64,000 bases of DNA from Eledone cirrhosa (taxonomy: Eukaryota), in the NCBI GenBank assembly GCA_964016885.1, contig OZ024741.1:100688001-100752000 (forward strand), in the 5' to 3' direction. Each line of letters opens with the position of its first letter. Within the stretch, counting starts at the first letter, position 1. The position numbers and the translations under genes are program-made. Shown piece by piece: positions 1 through 12,962 of this stretch. Under the pieces are notes generated by a model. It was not told the origin of the DNA. It made no database searches and was given only the letters and a program-made list of their open reading frames with translations.

Positions 1-197
1 TCCTCTGTTATGGCTTGGAGGACTATAATGAACAAGAGTGGGCTGAGGACCGAACCTTGATGTACTCCTACTTGTATCTGGAATTCCTACCGACTTTACT
101 GAGAGTACCTCTGTACAAAGTTTGCACTGTCCTCACAAGCCATTCCTCAACACCCAGCTTCCTTAGGGATCACCAGATGACAGATCGAGGTACCCTA
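1..197 (-). mobile_element. RTE-clade LINE reverse transcriptase fragment (runs off window start)
   Basis: Minus strand reads RVPRSVIWWSLRKLGVEEWLVRTVQTLY...QVGVHQGSVLSPLLFIIVLQAITE with an internal deletion. Confidence 0.85.
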
Positions 198-396
198 TAT
201 ATATATAATACAATTATATATATATAGAAAGAGTAACACACTAGAGAGAGAGAGCATGTGCCATCAATAAAACAGGGAAACTACCAGTGTATGGAATCTA
301 TAACCTATGGAAGGCAGGGTAGACACAATAATTAAAAATATAAATTAAAATGCATATAGTCACCTCTAGAACTATATAACACACACGTACAAATCT

Positions 397-1151
397 TGAG
401 GCAAGATTGGTTGTCTTGCTCAGGACTGTCTGGCGGGTTTTCTACGGCTGGATGCTCTTCCTAACACCAAACACATTTACAGTGTGGACTGGGAGGTTTT
501 TACCGTGTTACCTACACGGCCACATGACAGCATGGAATGTGTGTTTTTTTTGTCGTGACACCTACACAACCTCATTTATTTAGGACTGGATGCTGTGATA
601 CCAACATCGAAAGGAGTGGTGTAGATGGCGGTGGGGGTAGGGTTAGTGGGACGGGGGTGTATTTTGGTTAAGAGGTGCCTACTGACTAGGTTTTGCTTTG
701 TACTTAGGCAAGGCGGGTCTTCTGTATTACTGCGTAGCGCCAAAGATCTCGGTCCAGTGACATTGTCTTGGAGAGGTGTAAGTGTGTGAGGTCGGAATTT
801 ATCAAGTCGTCCCAGGTTTTTCTGGGTCTGCCTACTCCGTAGCTACCGTCTATTTTGATCGCCCTGCACTTTTTTATAAAGCTGTCATCTTTCATGCGCA
901 TCACGTGACCATACCAACGTAGTCTTCTCTTGAGTAAACAACATCTGATCCCTCTTATTCCTAATTTCTCATTTAGTTCATTTATGCTTTGCCGTTCGCA
1001 TATATTACACATCCAATGGAGCATGCAGGCTTCGTTCCTCTCCAGTCTGCGTAGATCCTCTGCACACAAGGCCCATGTCTCACTGCCATGTAACATCACT
1101 GTTCGTATGCAGGTATCATACAGCCTGCCTTTTATTTTTAGAGAGAAACCT
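397..1151 (-). mobile_element. RTE LINE 3' fragment (subfamily A)
   Basis: ORF 704-1099 (LHGSETWAL..RRLRWYGHVMR..GRPRKTW) plus 3' UTR closely similar to the 2057-3310 copy. Confidence 0.9.
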
Positions 1152-1402
1152 TTATATATATGATTTAATGTCCATTTTTTTCATGTTGGTATGGGTATGA
1201 CAGGTCATCATGGACTAAGTCAATATTTAATCAGTTACTGACTTTTCTGCAACAAGCTAGAGGTCCATATTTTGCTTACTTACATAGAGGGTGTGTTTTA
1301 TCCTACCACCAGCACTTTATATATATATATATGGCCTAATAAACTAGATTTTAAGCTAAAGCACTTTCTTACTGCTGTCATGTTATTCTTTCTTTCTCTC
1401 TG

Positions 1403-1602
1403 ACATACATACATACATACATACATACATACATACATACATACATACATACATACATACATACATACATACATACATACATACATACATACATACATAC
1501 ATACATACATACATACATACATACATACATACATACATACATACATACATACATACATACATACATACATACATACATACATACATACATACATACATAC
1601 AT
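1403..1602. repeat. (ACAT)n microsatellite, about 50 perfect units
   Basis: Direct reading. Confidence 0.98.
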
Positions 1603-2056
1603 GTGTGAGTGTATAAACACCTTCATACATACACACTAATCACACATCTTATTTAACAATTATAGTTTTTATTCCTTGGTTGATAATTTTTTTTTCTGCT
1701 GTTTTGTGTTGGTTTAATTTTTTTTTGTTTGTTTTTTTTTTCTCCTAAAATAATTCATTAAATTCCAACCTTAAGCATTTCCAACATAAGCGAGACACTG
1801 ACAATGACATGGGTTGAGACATACTGGTAAGAGAGGTGAACAGGCTGGTCCTGGGTTAAACTTTCTGTCATCTCTTGTGCTAGATATTCTATAATTATCC
1901 AGATACTCTCTCTCTCTCTCTCTCTCTCTGATTGTCATAGGCATGACTATGGCTCTAAGTGGTTTACCATGCAACCATGTTGTTCCAATTTTTGTACCCC
2001 TACTTAATACCACAGGTAAATGACTTCTGCTATAGCCTTGGGTTGATCAATGCCTT

Positions 2057-3310
2057 CATCATCATCATCATCATCATCGTTTAACGTCCATCTTCCACGC
2101 TTGCATGGGTTTGGACGGGAGTTTTCCCACTTGAGGCAAGAGTGGTTGTCTTGCTCGCATAGGAGTGTCTGGCGGGTTTTCTACGGCTGGATGCCCTTCC
2201 TAACACCAACCACGTTTACAGTGTGGGGCTGGGAGGTTTTTACCGTGTTACCTACATGGCCACATTACAGCGTGGACTGTGTGTTTTTTTGTCGTGACAC
2301 ACGACCTCATTTGTTTCGAACTGGATGTTGTGGTACCAACATAACTTTACATTGAAAGGGGTGGTGTGGATGGGGTGGGGGTAGTGGGACGGTGGTGTAT
2401 TTTTGTTAGAGGTGCCTACTGACTGTAGTAGGTTTCACTTTGTACTTAGGTAAAGCGGTTCTTCTGTATTACTGTGTAGCGCCAAAGATCTCGGTCCAGT
2501 GACATTGTCTTGGAGAGGTGTAAGTGTGTGAGGTCGGAATTTATCAAGTCGTCCCAGGATTTTCTGGGTCTGCCTACTCCGTGGCTACCGTCTATTTTTA
2601 TTGCCCTGCACTTTTTTATACAGCTGTCGTCTTTCATGTGCATCACGTGACCATACCAACGTAGTCTTCTCTCGAGTAAACAACATCTGATCCCTCTTAT
2701 TTCTAATTTTTCCCTTAATTCGTTTATGCTTTACCGTTCACGTATATTACTATTACACATCCAGCGGAGCATGCAAGCTTCGTTCCTCTGCACACAATGC
2801 CCAGGTCTCACTGCCATGTAACATTGCTGTTCGTATGCAGGCATCATACAGCCTGCCTTTCATTTTTAGAGAGAACCCTTTAGCAGCTAATAGTGGTATA
2901 AGCTCTCTGAACTTTTTCCATCCAGCTCTGACTCTAGCTACTGTACTTTCAGAGCACCCTCCACCACTGCTGATTTTGTCACCCAAGTAACGGAAGGTGT
3001 CCACTATTTCCATAGAACCATCTGTGCAATGGAATGAGCTAGTATTCTGTGGGCACTTGCTGCTACTTATTGCACCAGAGCACCAGCCACATATAAAATC
3101 TAAGTTCTTAGTTAGCTTACCTGTGATCCCACTACATCTTTTATGCACCCATACTTTGCATTTGGGACATTAAATGGAGTTTCTACCTACTCCTTTCCTA
3201 CACACTGAGCATGGCCATTTCCCGGATGGGACCGGTGCCCTATTTTCCTTCCTACAAACTAGAACTTTAGTCTTAGACAGGTAAATTTTAAGGCCTTTTG
3301 ATTGTAGGCC
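2057..3310 (-). mobile_element. 5'-truncated RTE LINE (subfamily A) inserted into an older SINE
   Basis: (CAT)n tail at 2057-2078; ORF remnants 2446-2646 and 2753-3148; 7-bp direct repeat ATGCCTT at 2050-2056 and 3311-3317. Confidence 0.92.
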
Positions 3311-5547
3311 ATGCCTTGTTAGTACAATTTTCTACACAAAAACTGAAGAAACAAACACACTCAAGAATTAGTACATTTGACTAATAACTATCACATAAAC
3401 CCCTCAGGAATAACGAAATAATCCAGTTTACCAACACACACACGCATATGCACATACGTGCAGACACAGCAAGTGGAGAAATGGTGTGCTGAAAAAGACC
3501 CCTCCAATCTATGCAAGTGTGAAACAGTGATGATGATAATATGGAAAACAACACAGCAAATGATACAGTGTAATAAAGATATATTTGTTTAATGTTAGTT
3601 CTAGTAGGAAAATAGAATGAGAGTTAGAAAAAGAAATAGATAGCTAGAAAAAGAAATAGATAGCTAGGAAGAAATGGGAGGGGGGTCAATGGATTTCCGT
3701 TGCTTCCAATGATTAGGGTTTTACTTTGTCAAACAACAGAACACAGCCTGCTCATGAAATTGACGTGCAAGTGGCTGAGCATTCCACTGGCATGGGAATC
3801 CTTAATATAGTTCTCAGGGAGATTCAGCATGACATAGGTTTGATCAATGAGGGCTAGCTTAGCAACAACACAACCTATGTTTAAATATAATCTCTGATAC
3901 CAACCACAAATCTTCTAGAACCTTGCTTCTTCACTACACAATTATCTAGGATAACAGTTGGAAATATAGTCATGTTTTCATAAAGATATCCAAAGACAGA
4001 ACTTTACTTTAGAAAAGATGATTCTACCTGTAAAATAGAGCTATGGATAAAACCTTTCAAAGTAGAGGAGTAATACTCTAAAATCAATACAATAATTCAT
4101 AACTGAAGTGTATATGTTTGAGTGTAGATGTATGCTTAATGCACACACACACACACACACATACACATACATACAGGTTGGTTTGGCTTTGCAATTATTG
4201 GTTACAATTTCTGATTGTTTGGCATTTGCTTGTTTTCTGATTCTATTTCTTTCATATACTTTATCTTAATATTTTTTTATAAATTTCTCCAAGTTTTTGA
4301 TTTGTCTCACATGCAAACTTCAAAGATATTTAACATCAAAGATAAAATACTGTTTACCATTTTTTTAAATATGTAGAACTGTTTTGTTTATTTGCTAGTG
4401 GTAGCTCCTTCATTGTTATTATTTTCCAAATCTGCAAAATTTTGATATAACAACAACTAATATAAAGGTGGTGAATTGGCAGTCGTTAAGACGTCAGATA
4501 GAATGCTTTATGCTGTTCATCCCTCCTCATTGCGCACTCTGAGTTCAAATCCCGCCATGGTCAACTTTGCTTTTTATCCTTTTGAGGTTGATCACAAAAG
4601 TACCAGTCCAGTACTGGGGTCGATTCTTCCTCTAGAGAAAAAAATTACCTGTGTTCAGACCTGGAGAGGGTTGGGCTCTGCCAAGTTTAAAAGTGCCCTA
4701 GACATGCCATATGGCGGTGCCTCTATGACTCCACAAGGAGTTATGGAATCTTTATCCTTAATGTAAATGAATCTCTATTGGTATGAACGTGTGTTCAGTT
4801 GTTTGATCAGCTGTACTATCTGTCCATTAAAGTAGCATGAAAGTAGCTGAATATTCCACTGACAAATGTAGCCTTAATGTAACCTTCAGCGAGAATCATT
4901 GTGACAGAGTGTGTAAGAGGGCCGGACCTTTGAATTACATGTGCAATTCATTAGGCAAGATTTTGCCCAATTTCCTTCTATTTAATCTCATAGACTCTAA
5001 AGGTGCATTATGTCACCAATAGAGTAATCTCCCCTTAATACATAATACATAATGCAGTGTCAAGGGAAGCAATTCATAAAAATTTCTAGCATGCTAAATG
5101 TTAATTTCACTCACAAAGCTTGGGTTGACTTGAGACAATGATAAAAGACACTTGTCCTAGGTGCCATACAGTAGGATCAAACTCAAGATCTTGTTACTGT
5201 GAAGTGAAATGTTTAATCACTCAGCCATGCCTATGTCAACAAACTAATATTAAATATATAAAAGTGTAAACTGAACTACTACTAATAGGATTATAATTTT
5301 CCTGACTATTAAACGACATCCTTAGAGTATATATTTACAATATTTACATCTACACTAAAATTGATCTGTTTGATCTTATTCCCAAGTGTATTTAAAGTAT
5401 TTATAGGAATCTTTATTTCTAAAGTAATGGCAATTACATCTCCCCACCTAGCCATTGGGGAAATTGCTAAAATGTATATGCTCCAGTGAATTGGAGGATA
5501 TGCATGTTATTTTGTTTGTAAATAGACAAAAATGATGTCCATTTTAA

Positions 5548-5738
5548 CCCTTTAGCATTTAAACTGGCCATATCTAGCCAGAATTCTATTACCTCTTTTT
5601 AACTCAAACGAGCTGTAATCGGCCACTCATACGGATAAGGTATTTTTCTCAAAATAGATATGAAAATCTCATAAATTAGATATTATATGAGGTCTGAAAA
5701 TACTATAGAAAATATAGAGTAATCTGAATGCTAAAGGG
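5548..5738. mobile_element. piggyBac-like MITE
   Basis: TTAA|CCCTTTAGCATT ... AATGCTAAAGGG|TTAA; relatives at about 23900-24112 and 26030-26245. Confidence 0.85.
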
Positions 5739-6033
5739 TTAATGCAATTTTTTCCTGCTAAAGCTGAAGTTACCTTTGCAAATCCCATGATAGGCATAAT
5801 ATTTACCATGGGGTTCTTATTAAGGCAACATTTTACATATTTATGTTCTTTTGGTTACATCTTAACAACTTGCAAGTATACACACAGTATTGTTTTTTAA
5901 ATAGGACAAATATAGGTTTTGATTTAGTTAGTTCTGGTTTTTATCATTCAGTGAGTAACTTATTTCAGTGAGAATGTATGAGTTAGGGTTGAGTAGGCAT
6001 AATAGAGTTTGTATTTGGTTCTTATTCGTTCCT

Positions 6034-6372
6034 GGTATGGCTTAGTGGTTAGAGCATCAGGGTTACAATCGTTAGGTTGTGAGTTCGATTCTCAGACCTG
6101 GCTTTGTGTTGTGTTCTTGAGCCAAACACTTTATTTCATGTTGCTCCATTTCACTCCACTGTACAAATGAGTTGCGATGTCACTGGTGTCAAGCTGTATC
6201 AGCATTTGCCTTTCCCTTGGGCAACATCGGTGGCGTGGAGAGGGGAGACTGGTATGTGTAGGTAACTGCTGGTCTTCCACAGACAACCTTGCCTGTACTT
6301 TTGCCTTGAAGGGGATCTTTCTAGGTGCAAATCTCATGGTCATGTGTGATTAAAGGGGTCTTTATCCTTTAC
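6034..6372 (+). mobile_element. tRNA-derived SINE with CORE-like segment
   Basis: A-box TGGCTTAGTGG, B-box GTTCGATTC, then tgtgttcttgagccaaacactt; partial copies at 37035-37213 and 16219-16330. Confidence 0.75.
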
Positions 6373-6578
6373 ATGTGGCTGGAGATTATTAATTAGTGGC
6401 TGTTTTGATTCTGTATGGAGGCAATACTCATTATGTAAAAGGGTAGTAGTTGCCTTGGAGTTAGATGGAAGCTACATAATAAAACAGCTGTAGCTTGATG
6501 GTGTCCATCACCTATGTACCAGTCAAGAGCATAGTTTTGGTTGTTATGTTAGAAATGTTTGTGGGTATAGTTTTGATG

Positions 6579-6626
<48 letters not shown>

Positions 6627-6647
6627 GAACAGATTGAGTTTAGGTAT

Positions 6648-8306
6648 ATCATCATCATCATCATCATCATCACCGTTTTACGTCCGTTCTTCCACGCTAG
6701 CATGGGTTAGACGGGTTGTCCTGTTGTGGGCAGTGTCTGGTCGGCTGACCATGCCTTGCTCATACAGGAACTGATCTGGCTTGATTTCTACAGCTGGATG
6801 CCCTTCCTAACACCAACCTCATTTACAGTGAGTGCTGGGTGCTTTTTCGTGGCGCCTACACGTCCACTTTACAGTGTGGGCTGGGTGCTTTTTTGCCGTG
6901 GCACCTCCACGACCACCTTGCGGTGGGGGGGGGGGGGGGGGGGGGGGGCATATTGTTTATATGCTTCAGCATGTACCCATGGGAGGTCGGGTACCCTGTA
7001 TTACTGCGTGACGCCAGAAGTCACGGTCGTGTGTCATTGACTTTGAGAGGTGTAGTTGGGTAAGGTCGGCTCTTATCACCTCATCCCAAGTCATCTTGGG
7101 TCTCCCCACTCCGCGGTTTCCATCAACTTCTAGTGCTCTGCACCTTTTTATGCAGCTGTCATCCTTCATACGCATCACATGTCCATACCAGCGTAACCGC
7201 CTCTCCTGCACGCAGCATTTGATTCCTCTTATGCTCAGTCTCTCTCTCAATTCATTTATGCTTTGTCGTTCACGTATATTACTGTTACACATCCATCGGA
7301 GCATGCAGGCTTCGTTTCTCTCTAATCTACATAAGTCTTCCACCTTCAGCGCCCAGGTCTCACTACCATGCAACATCGCTGTTCGGATACACGCATCATA
7401 CAGTCTGCCTTTCATTCTGAGGGAGAAGCCTTTTGCAGCTAGCAGTGGTAGTAGTTCCCTAAACTTCTTCCATCCCGTTCTTACCCTAGTTATTGTACTT
7501 TCTGAGCACCCACCTCCGTTGCTAATTCGGTCACCTAGGTAGCAGAAGCTGTCTACTGTTTCTACAGGGCCCTCCCAGAGATTGGTGGTACTTGTTTCCT
7601 GTGGCTGTTTGCTTGCTGTTTCAGCACAGCTGCTGCATGTGAATCCTACATTCTTAATTAAGCTTCCTGAGATCCCGCTACATCTCTTGTGTACCCATTG
7701 TTTGCATTTGGGGCAAAGAATGGAGTTCCTACCTACACCTTTCCTACATACTGAGCAAGGCCATTTCCCTGAGGGGATCTGGGTTCTGTTTTCTCGTCTA
7801 CTTATAAGGACCTTAGTCTTTGTCATGTTGACTTTGAGGCCCTTTCTCTCTAGTCCCTGCTTCCAGGTTTGGAATTTATTCTCTAGTTCTACCATAGATT
7901 CAGCTATGAGTGCGAGGTCATCAGCATACAGGAGTTCCCATGGGCATCCGGTCTTAAACTCCTCCGTTATTGCCTGCAGGACTATGATGAACAGGAGAGG
8001 GCTAAGAACAGAGCCCTGGTGGACCCCAACCTGTACGCTAAATTCCTCGCTATACTCATTGCCAATCCTAACTTTGCTGACTGCTCCTCTATACATGGCT
8101 TGTACCGCTTTCACAAGCCATTCATCTACTCCTAGTTTTCTAAGAGCCCACCAGATTACTGCACGTGGAACTCTGTCAAAGGCTTTCTCAAGGTCGACAA
8201 ATGCCAAGTAGAGTGGCTTACTTTTAGCTAGGTACTTTTCCTGTAATTGCCTCACAAGGAAGAGCGCATCAGTGGTGCCTTTCCCTGGAACAAACCCAAA
8301 TTGCAT
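6648..8306 (-). mobile_element. 5'-truncated RTE LINE (subfamily B) with uninterrupted 446-aa RT ORF
   Basis: ORF 6966-8306 contains QFGF, FVDLEKAFDRV, QGSVLSPLLF, YADD, a PHD-like Cys cluster and the RTE C-terminus; (CAT)n tail at 6648-6670. Confidence 0.95.
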
Positions 8307-9302
8307 ATAGACAATATTTTCTTGAGTTCATGGATAGCAATGGTTTAGAGTCATTTTATTTGCATTTGTGTTAGGACAATTGACAGTTATAGTTATGTAT
8401 TTAAATACAAATATAGCTACCTTGTATACAAACAGACAAACCAACAACACTACCACCCACTCAAATGCTTAAGAAAACCTTATTTATCATCATTACCATA
8501 TCTGTATTGCTATGGTATAGTTTAATATTTTTGGCAGCTATTTTGTTCTAATGGAGTCATCTGTAATGACACACAGCATGTCATGGACATTTTAAACGTG
8601 CCAGAGCTCCATTCCTCTCTAGATCTGAACACAGCCAGAAAGAGAGAGAATTAACCCCAATACTAGACCAGTACTTTATTTATCAACCTCAAAAGGATGA
8701 AAGGTAAAATTTGACATTAGCAAGATTTCATCTCCAGCAATCTTCTTACTTCTTAGTTGACAAATATTTTATATTTGCTTTCTTCAATTTTATCATTGTT
8801 TTATCTAGAATCTTCTATCTATTCTCGGGTCTCGAATATTCGTTTCCCTGCTCCCCTGCTTATTCATTTTTCAGATTAATAAGATTATCTCCATTTGTTC
8901 AGGACAAACCATGGAATCATTTTTCCTATTTTTATAAACATTGTTTGTTTTGTTGTCTTGTTTTTATTGTTTTGTTCATTTTTTTACTCTTAACAATAAT
9001 AACTGTAGTAAAATCTGATGCTAACTTATATTTTCCTTCTACATTCAGTTAAATGTGTTTACAATTTTGCATTTATACCTGCATGATTTTGTTAGTAAAA
9101 ACTGTTGTGTTCTGCATGTGTTATTTGACAGTAGTCTTGCTTCAGTTCCTATTTCAACCTGTCCTTGTTAGTGAATTTTAATTCTCAGCACCTATGTCAA
9201 TTAACATTCTACTGTTGTTGTTGTTATCCTTATGGCTGTTATTGTTATCCTTATGGCTGTTATTGTTACACATGGTGATGGCATTACTGCCTTATCTTAC
9301 AG

Positions 9303-9462
9303 GTATCAACAAAGAACCAGATGAAGATGGGAATGATGACTCAGTTCCTACCAATGTTATGATTATTATTATTGCCTGTGTTATTGGGGTGACATTTTGT
9401 ATTGCCGTTGTGGCTGTTGCAGTTGTCATCTGCAAGAAGAAGGAATACAGAAACAAACGGAG
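9303..9462 (+). CDS. NEO1: DCC/neogenin/frazzled transmembrane exon
   Basis: Acceptor cttacag|, donor AG|gttagt. Encodes GINKEPDEDGNDDSVPTNV-MIIIIACVIGVTFCIAVVAVAVVIC-KKKEYRNKR (hydrophobic span plus basic stop-transfer). Its phase-2 end joins the P1 exon in frame. Confidence 0.92.
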
Positions 9463-10414
9463 GTTAGTTAATGTGAGATGTTGTCGTCGTTCTTATTTGT
9501 TGTTGATTAGCTCCAAATCAACACTGATTAAGCTGACTTCTAAATCAAAGCCATTCCTGCCTTTTTAGGAATGTTTATGACTACATTGACTAATGTGTCC
9601 ATTTCATTTTTTTTTTTTTTTTAGACATATGGGTGTAATTTGAGAGGATTTGGCTGCTATTTCTAGTGGGTCAAGTGACTATATAAAGGACCTCGTTTGT
9701 TTGTGTGTGCATGTGTTCTTTATCAGTTCATATGTTTGAGGATGTCACTCAGTAGTGTTAAACTAAATTGTCCACACCTGATAGCTATTAAGTTGTTTAG
9801 ATTTGTAATAGAAACATAGGACATATCTCTATGTCTATGCTACAGATTCTAAATGTGTGTGTGGTTTTCCTGCTAGTTTAACATGTTGATTTTTGTTGGG
9901 TAGCTCTGGTCGGTTTTACTCCAGCATGCCTAATGCATGAAGTTAGTCAATCTGACATTTAGAGGCAACATATAGAATTTAATTTTGGAACAGTTGTACT
10001 TAATCTGTTGTGGTTAACTGTTTGTAGCTTACAGTGTGTCAATGAGAACCTCCCATATTGTCATTGAGCCTCAGTGATTGAATAATCTTGAGCTATCCAC
10101 AGCAGAGAGAAAGGCAAAATTGATTTATGAGCTGGAGTAGACACTGACAGACATCTCATCTGATGCTCAGTTTTACCAATTCTGTCCTGAAGTTGTTCAT
10201 TATTTATTGACCCTGAAAAGAACAGCAAAGTTGACCCAAGTCGGTTTTGAACACAGAAAACCAAAACAAATACTGCATTACATTTAATCTAATGCTTTAA
10301 TGACATTGTTGAGTCACTGCCTTTCTATATATAGTAGATTCATTGAGAAATATATGGAAACAAAATGCAACTAATGAAAATAAAATATAGATATGTGTGT
10401 GAGGAGAGGATTTA

Positions 10415-10582
10415 CCATATTTCCCAGCGCCGAAGATGCTTCGTCCTCGATAAAGCACCCTAATTTTGACAACTAAAAATTTGAATAAAAATAATAAACA
10501 ACCTTCGGCCTCCAGGACACATGGTAGATATTTGAGACTTATTTTAGGAGAAAAGTAGCGTCTTCAACGCCATGAAATACAG
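10415..10582. mobile_element. Tc1/mariner-superfamily MITE
   Basis: Imperfect TIRs CCATATTTCCCAGCGCCGAAGATGCT / AGCGTCTTCAACGCCATGAAATACAG. Confidence 0.6.
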
Positions 10583-10895
10583 TGTATAGTGGAACTGATT
10601 TATCAAGGCTGAATTCAGTGGGGTTTTTTTACTTGAGTTTAGACATTTAACTTCTAATCTGTAAACATTTAGAGGGTCGGACGCCATGCTTTCCAGCATA
10701 GTTACGTCCCTTTACGATCTGAGTTCAAATCCCGCCGAGGTTGACTTTGCCTTTCATCCTTACGGGGTCGATAAAATAAAGTACCAGTAAGACACTGGGT
10801 AATTGCTGGCCTTGTGCCTAAAGTAGAAACAATTATTTATTATTATCTTAGTTTAAGTGTGGAGCAATCACACTGATATTTGTTTGTTTTCACAG

Positions 10896-11134
10896 TTCTG
10901 GGACTTACACATCTCCTGCTAAAGGCAAGACGCCAAAAGCACCTACTACAAAAGATGTAAAGCCACCAGACCTCTGGATCCATCACGATCAAATGGAAAT
11001 GAAGAATTTGGATAAGTCCGATAACAGAGAAACATCAGCACCTACTCCAGCTCCCTCTCAGAGATGTGGTGAGAGCTCCAAATGTGACGATCCATCTATG
11101 ATGGACATGGAGAAACGCAGAAATTCATTAGTGG
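10896..11134 (+). CDS. NEO1: DCC/neogenin/frazzled cytoplasmic exon with P1 motif
   Basis: tttcacag| ... G|gtaagt. Translates SSGTYTSPAKGKTPKAPTTKDVKPPDLWIHHDQMEMKNLDKSDNRE...KRRNSLV. PPDLWIHH is the diagnostic P1 motif of the family. Missed by the ORF track. Confidence 0.95.
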
Positions 11135-11299
11135 GTAAGTAACCAAATATTTATGTGATATGGTGGATAGTATACTAGGCTACATGTAAGGTACATTACT
11201 TACATGAAAATAGGTACTAATTCACCATGATAGCTGAGTGTTTGTTCGTCATGTGTTATCAAGGATAATAATGGATCCTTTATCAGTTTTCACAATGAA

Positions 11300-11990
11300 C
11301 CTTCAGATGTTCGATCAACTGGATGTCTTATTTGTGTTTGATGGCTTTTCCTGGGAGTGTCATAGGGGCAGAGTCCTCAAACATGCATTCCAGAGAGCCC
11401 TATCAGAAGCAACTGTCTCCAATTGATCCAGCCAGGCACACAAGTGAGGCCAATCAAGCTCATGGATGTTATCCATCTATCTTGCTTGAGTTTATCTCTG
11501 TGTCACCTGCCAGTTGGATTTGCCTGTAAAATCTGTCCTATGATTCTTTCCTTAGACATTCTAACCACATATTTGTAATATTGGAGCTATGATTTCTCAA
11601 TTCAAAGTAGTAACTCTACCTGGAGTTTCCCTGATCTACAAGCTACACACCCTAATGAATAATGTCATTCCAAGGACCCTTTGCAGAAACCCCATTTTGG
11701 CAGCTTGTATTCACGATAGTTTTCTCTTGGTCATTACCCAAGATCCATGGACAAGATTTGACATTGACACCAAATCGAAGTTAGTAAATTTGGATTTTAT
11801 ACCTGCCTCCCTTATTGTGATGACTGAGTGCTGAAGCTGGCACATTACTGTACCAGCTCCTGCAGTTCCTACATTCAATTCAGCCTCCTACCTTCTATCA
11901 CTCATGAAAATGGCCATGAGAGTCTTGAACCTATCTACCTGCTTTAGTAGAACTTCATTCATATGTAGAGTGCAATTGAATGTCTTCCCC
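11300..11990 (-). mobile_element. Old degraded RTE-like LINE fragment
   Basis: Frameshifted RT C-terminal remnants (HGSWVMTKR..IQAAKMGFLQRV, GHVVRMS-like); similar decayed piece at 52550-52880. Confidence 0.6.
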
Positions 11991-12202
11991 ATCAAATTAA
12001 CATGTAAGTGGTTGAAAAGGTTACAAATTCGGCATAGCATTTCCTAAATCTAGTATTGTTCACATAAGAGCTTATTCTTTTGTTTTTGTTTTATTTAAAA
12101 AACATGTATTTATCCAAGTACTCAAGTAATAAAAGACACTCATTGCCTTTCCTTTCCCCTCCATGCAGCTAAGTTTATAATATATCTATTTTTACCTACC
12201 AG

Positions 12203-12313
12203 GAGACCCGAGTTATCTATCACCAGCCCCTGATGAAAGGTATCCTCGTAGCATCATCCGTCCAAAACCTATTATGATTTCTGTTGACCCAACACAACCA
12301 ATGTCCCGAGATC
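12203..12313 (+). CDS. NEO1: DCC/neogenin cytoplasmic exon
   Basis: cctaccag| ... C|gtaagt; 111 nt, phase 1-1. GDPSYLSPAPDERYPRSIIRPKPIMISVDPTQPMSRD resembles the RPK-(P)IMIP-D segment of the family. Confidence 0.88.
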
Positions 12314-12711
12314 GTAAGTGAAGTTTTGCTTAATCAAAATTATGGTAATCAAAGTAAATATTCTCTGCAGTTTTATAAGCTGATTTGTACAGAGAATATC
12401 AACTTTGGTTAACATCAATAACATCATTACCATCATATATATAATGATAGATATGTTATACTCATCATGGAGTCCTTTTTGAAGCAGTGTTTTACAGGCA
12501 GATGCCCTTTCTCTTTAGTCACCTCTTATAACAAGCAGAGTTATGGTGTACCTATTCTAAACCAGATCGACATGGCTGGGAAGATGTGAATGTGATTGTG
12601 GCTGAAGTGATGAAAATAAATGTGGAAGGCGGTAGGGAAAGGAGAAGACAAAGAAAGAGATGACTAAAGATGGTGGAGAGACAAATGAAAGCCAGGTTGG
12701 GCCAATGGAGA

Positions 12712-12962
12712 AGTTGAGTGAAGCAGTGGCACATTGAGTAGGTGAATGAAGTGTTGGCATATTGAGTAGGAGGCTAGACAAGTGAAGCAGTTGCACATTG
12801 AATAGGCGAGTAGTGTTGACCAAGTAAAGCTGTGGTACATTGAGTAGGTGGTTAGCTGAGTGAAGTGTTGGCACATTGAGTAGGTGATTAGCTGAGTGAA
12901 GTGTTGGCACATTGAGTAGGTGGTTAGCTGAGTGAAGTGTTGGCACATTGAGTAGGTGGCTG
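12712..12962. repeat. 36-bp minisatellite, about 7 copies
   Basis: Unit gctgagtgaagtgttggcacattgagtaggtggtta; 12-aa periodicity in the minus-strand ORFs. Confidence 0.9.

Noticed and set aside
1771-1830. Possible upstream exon ending at TG|gtaaga
   Set aside because: The frame needed to join the TM exon contains stop codons, and there is no FN3-like sequence.
6034-6110. Possible tRNA gene
   Set aside because: A and B boxes run directly into SINE body sequence and no complete cloverleaf is present.
7096-8211. Plus-strand ORFs of 148 and 209 aa (also 38351-38851 on the minus strand)
   Set aside because: Antisense shadows of the RTE reverse transcriptase ORF.
12712-12962. 36-bp repeats of CRISPR-like length
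   Set aside because: Units are contiguous with no unique spacers, there are no cas genes and the context is a eukaryotic intron; it is a minisatellite.
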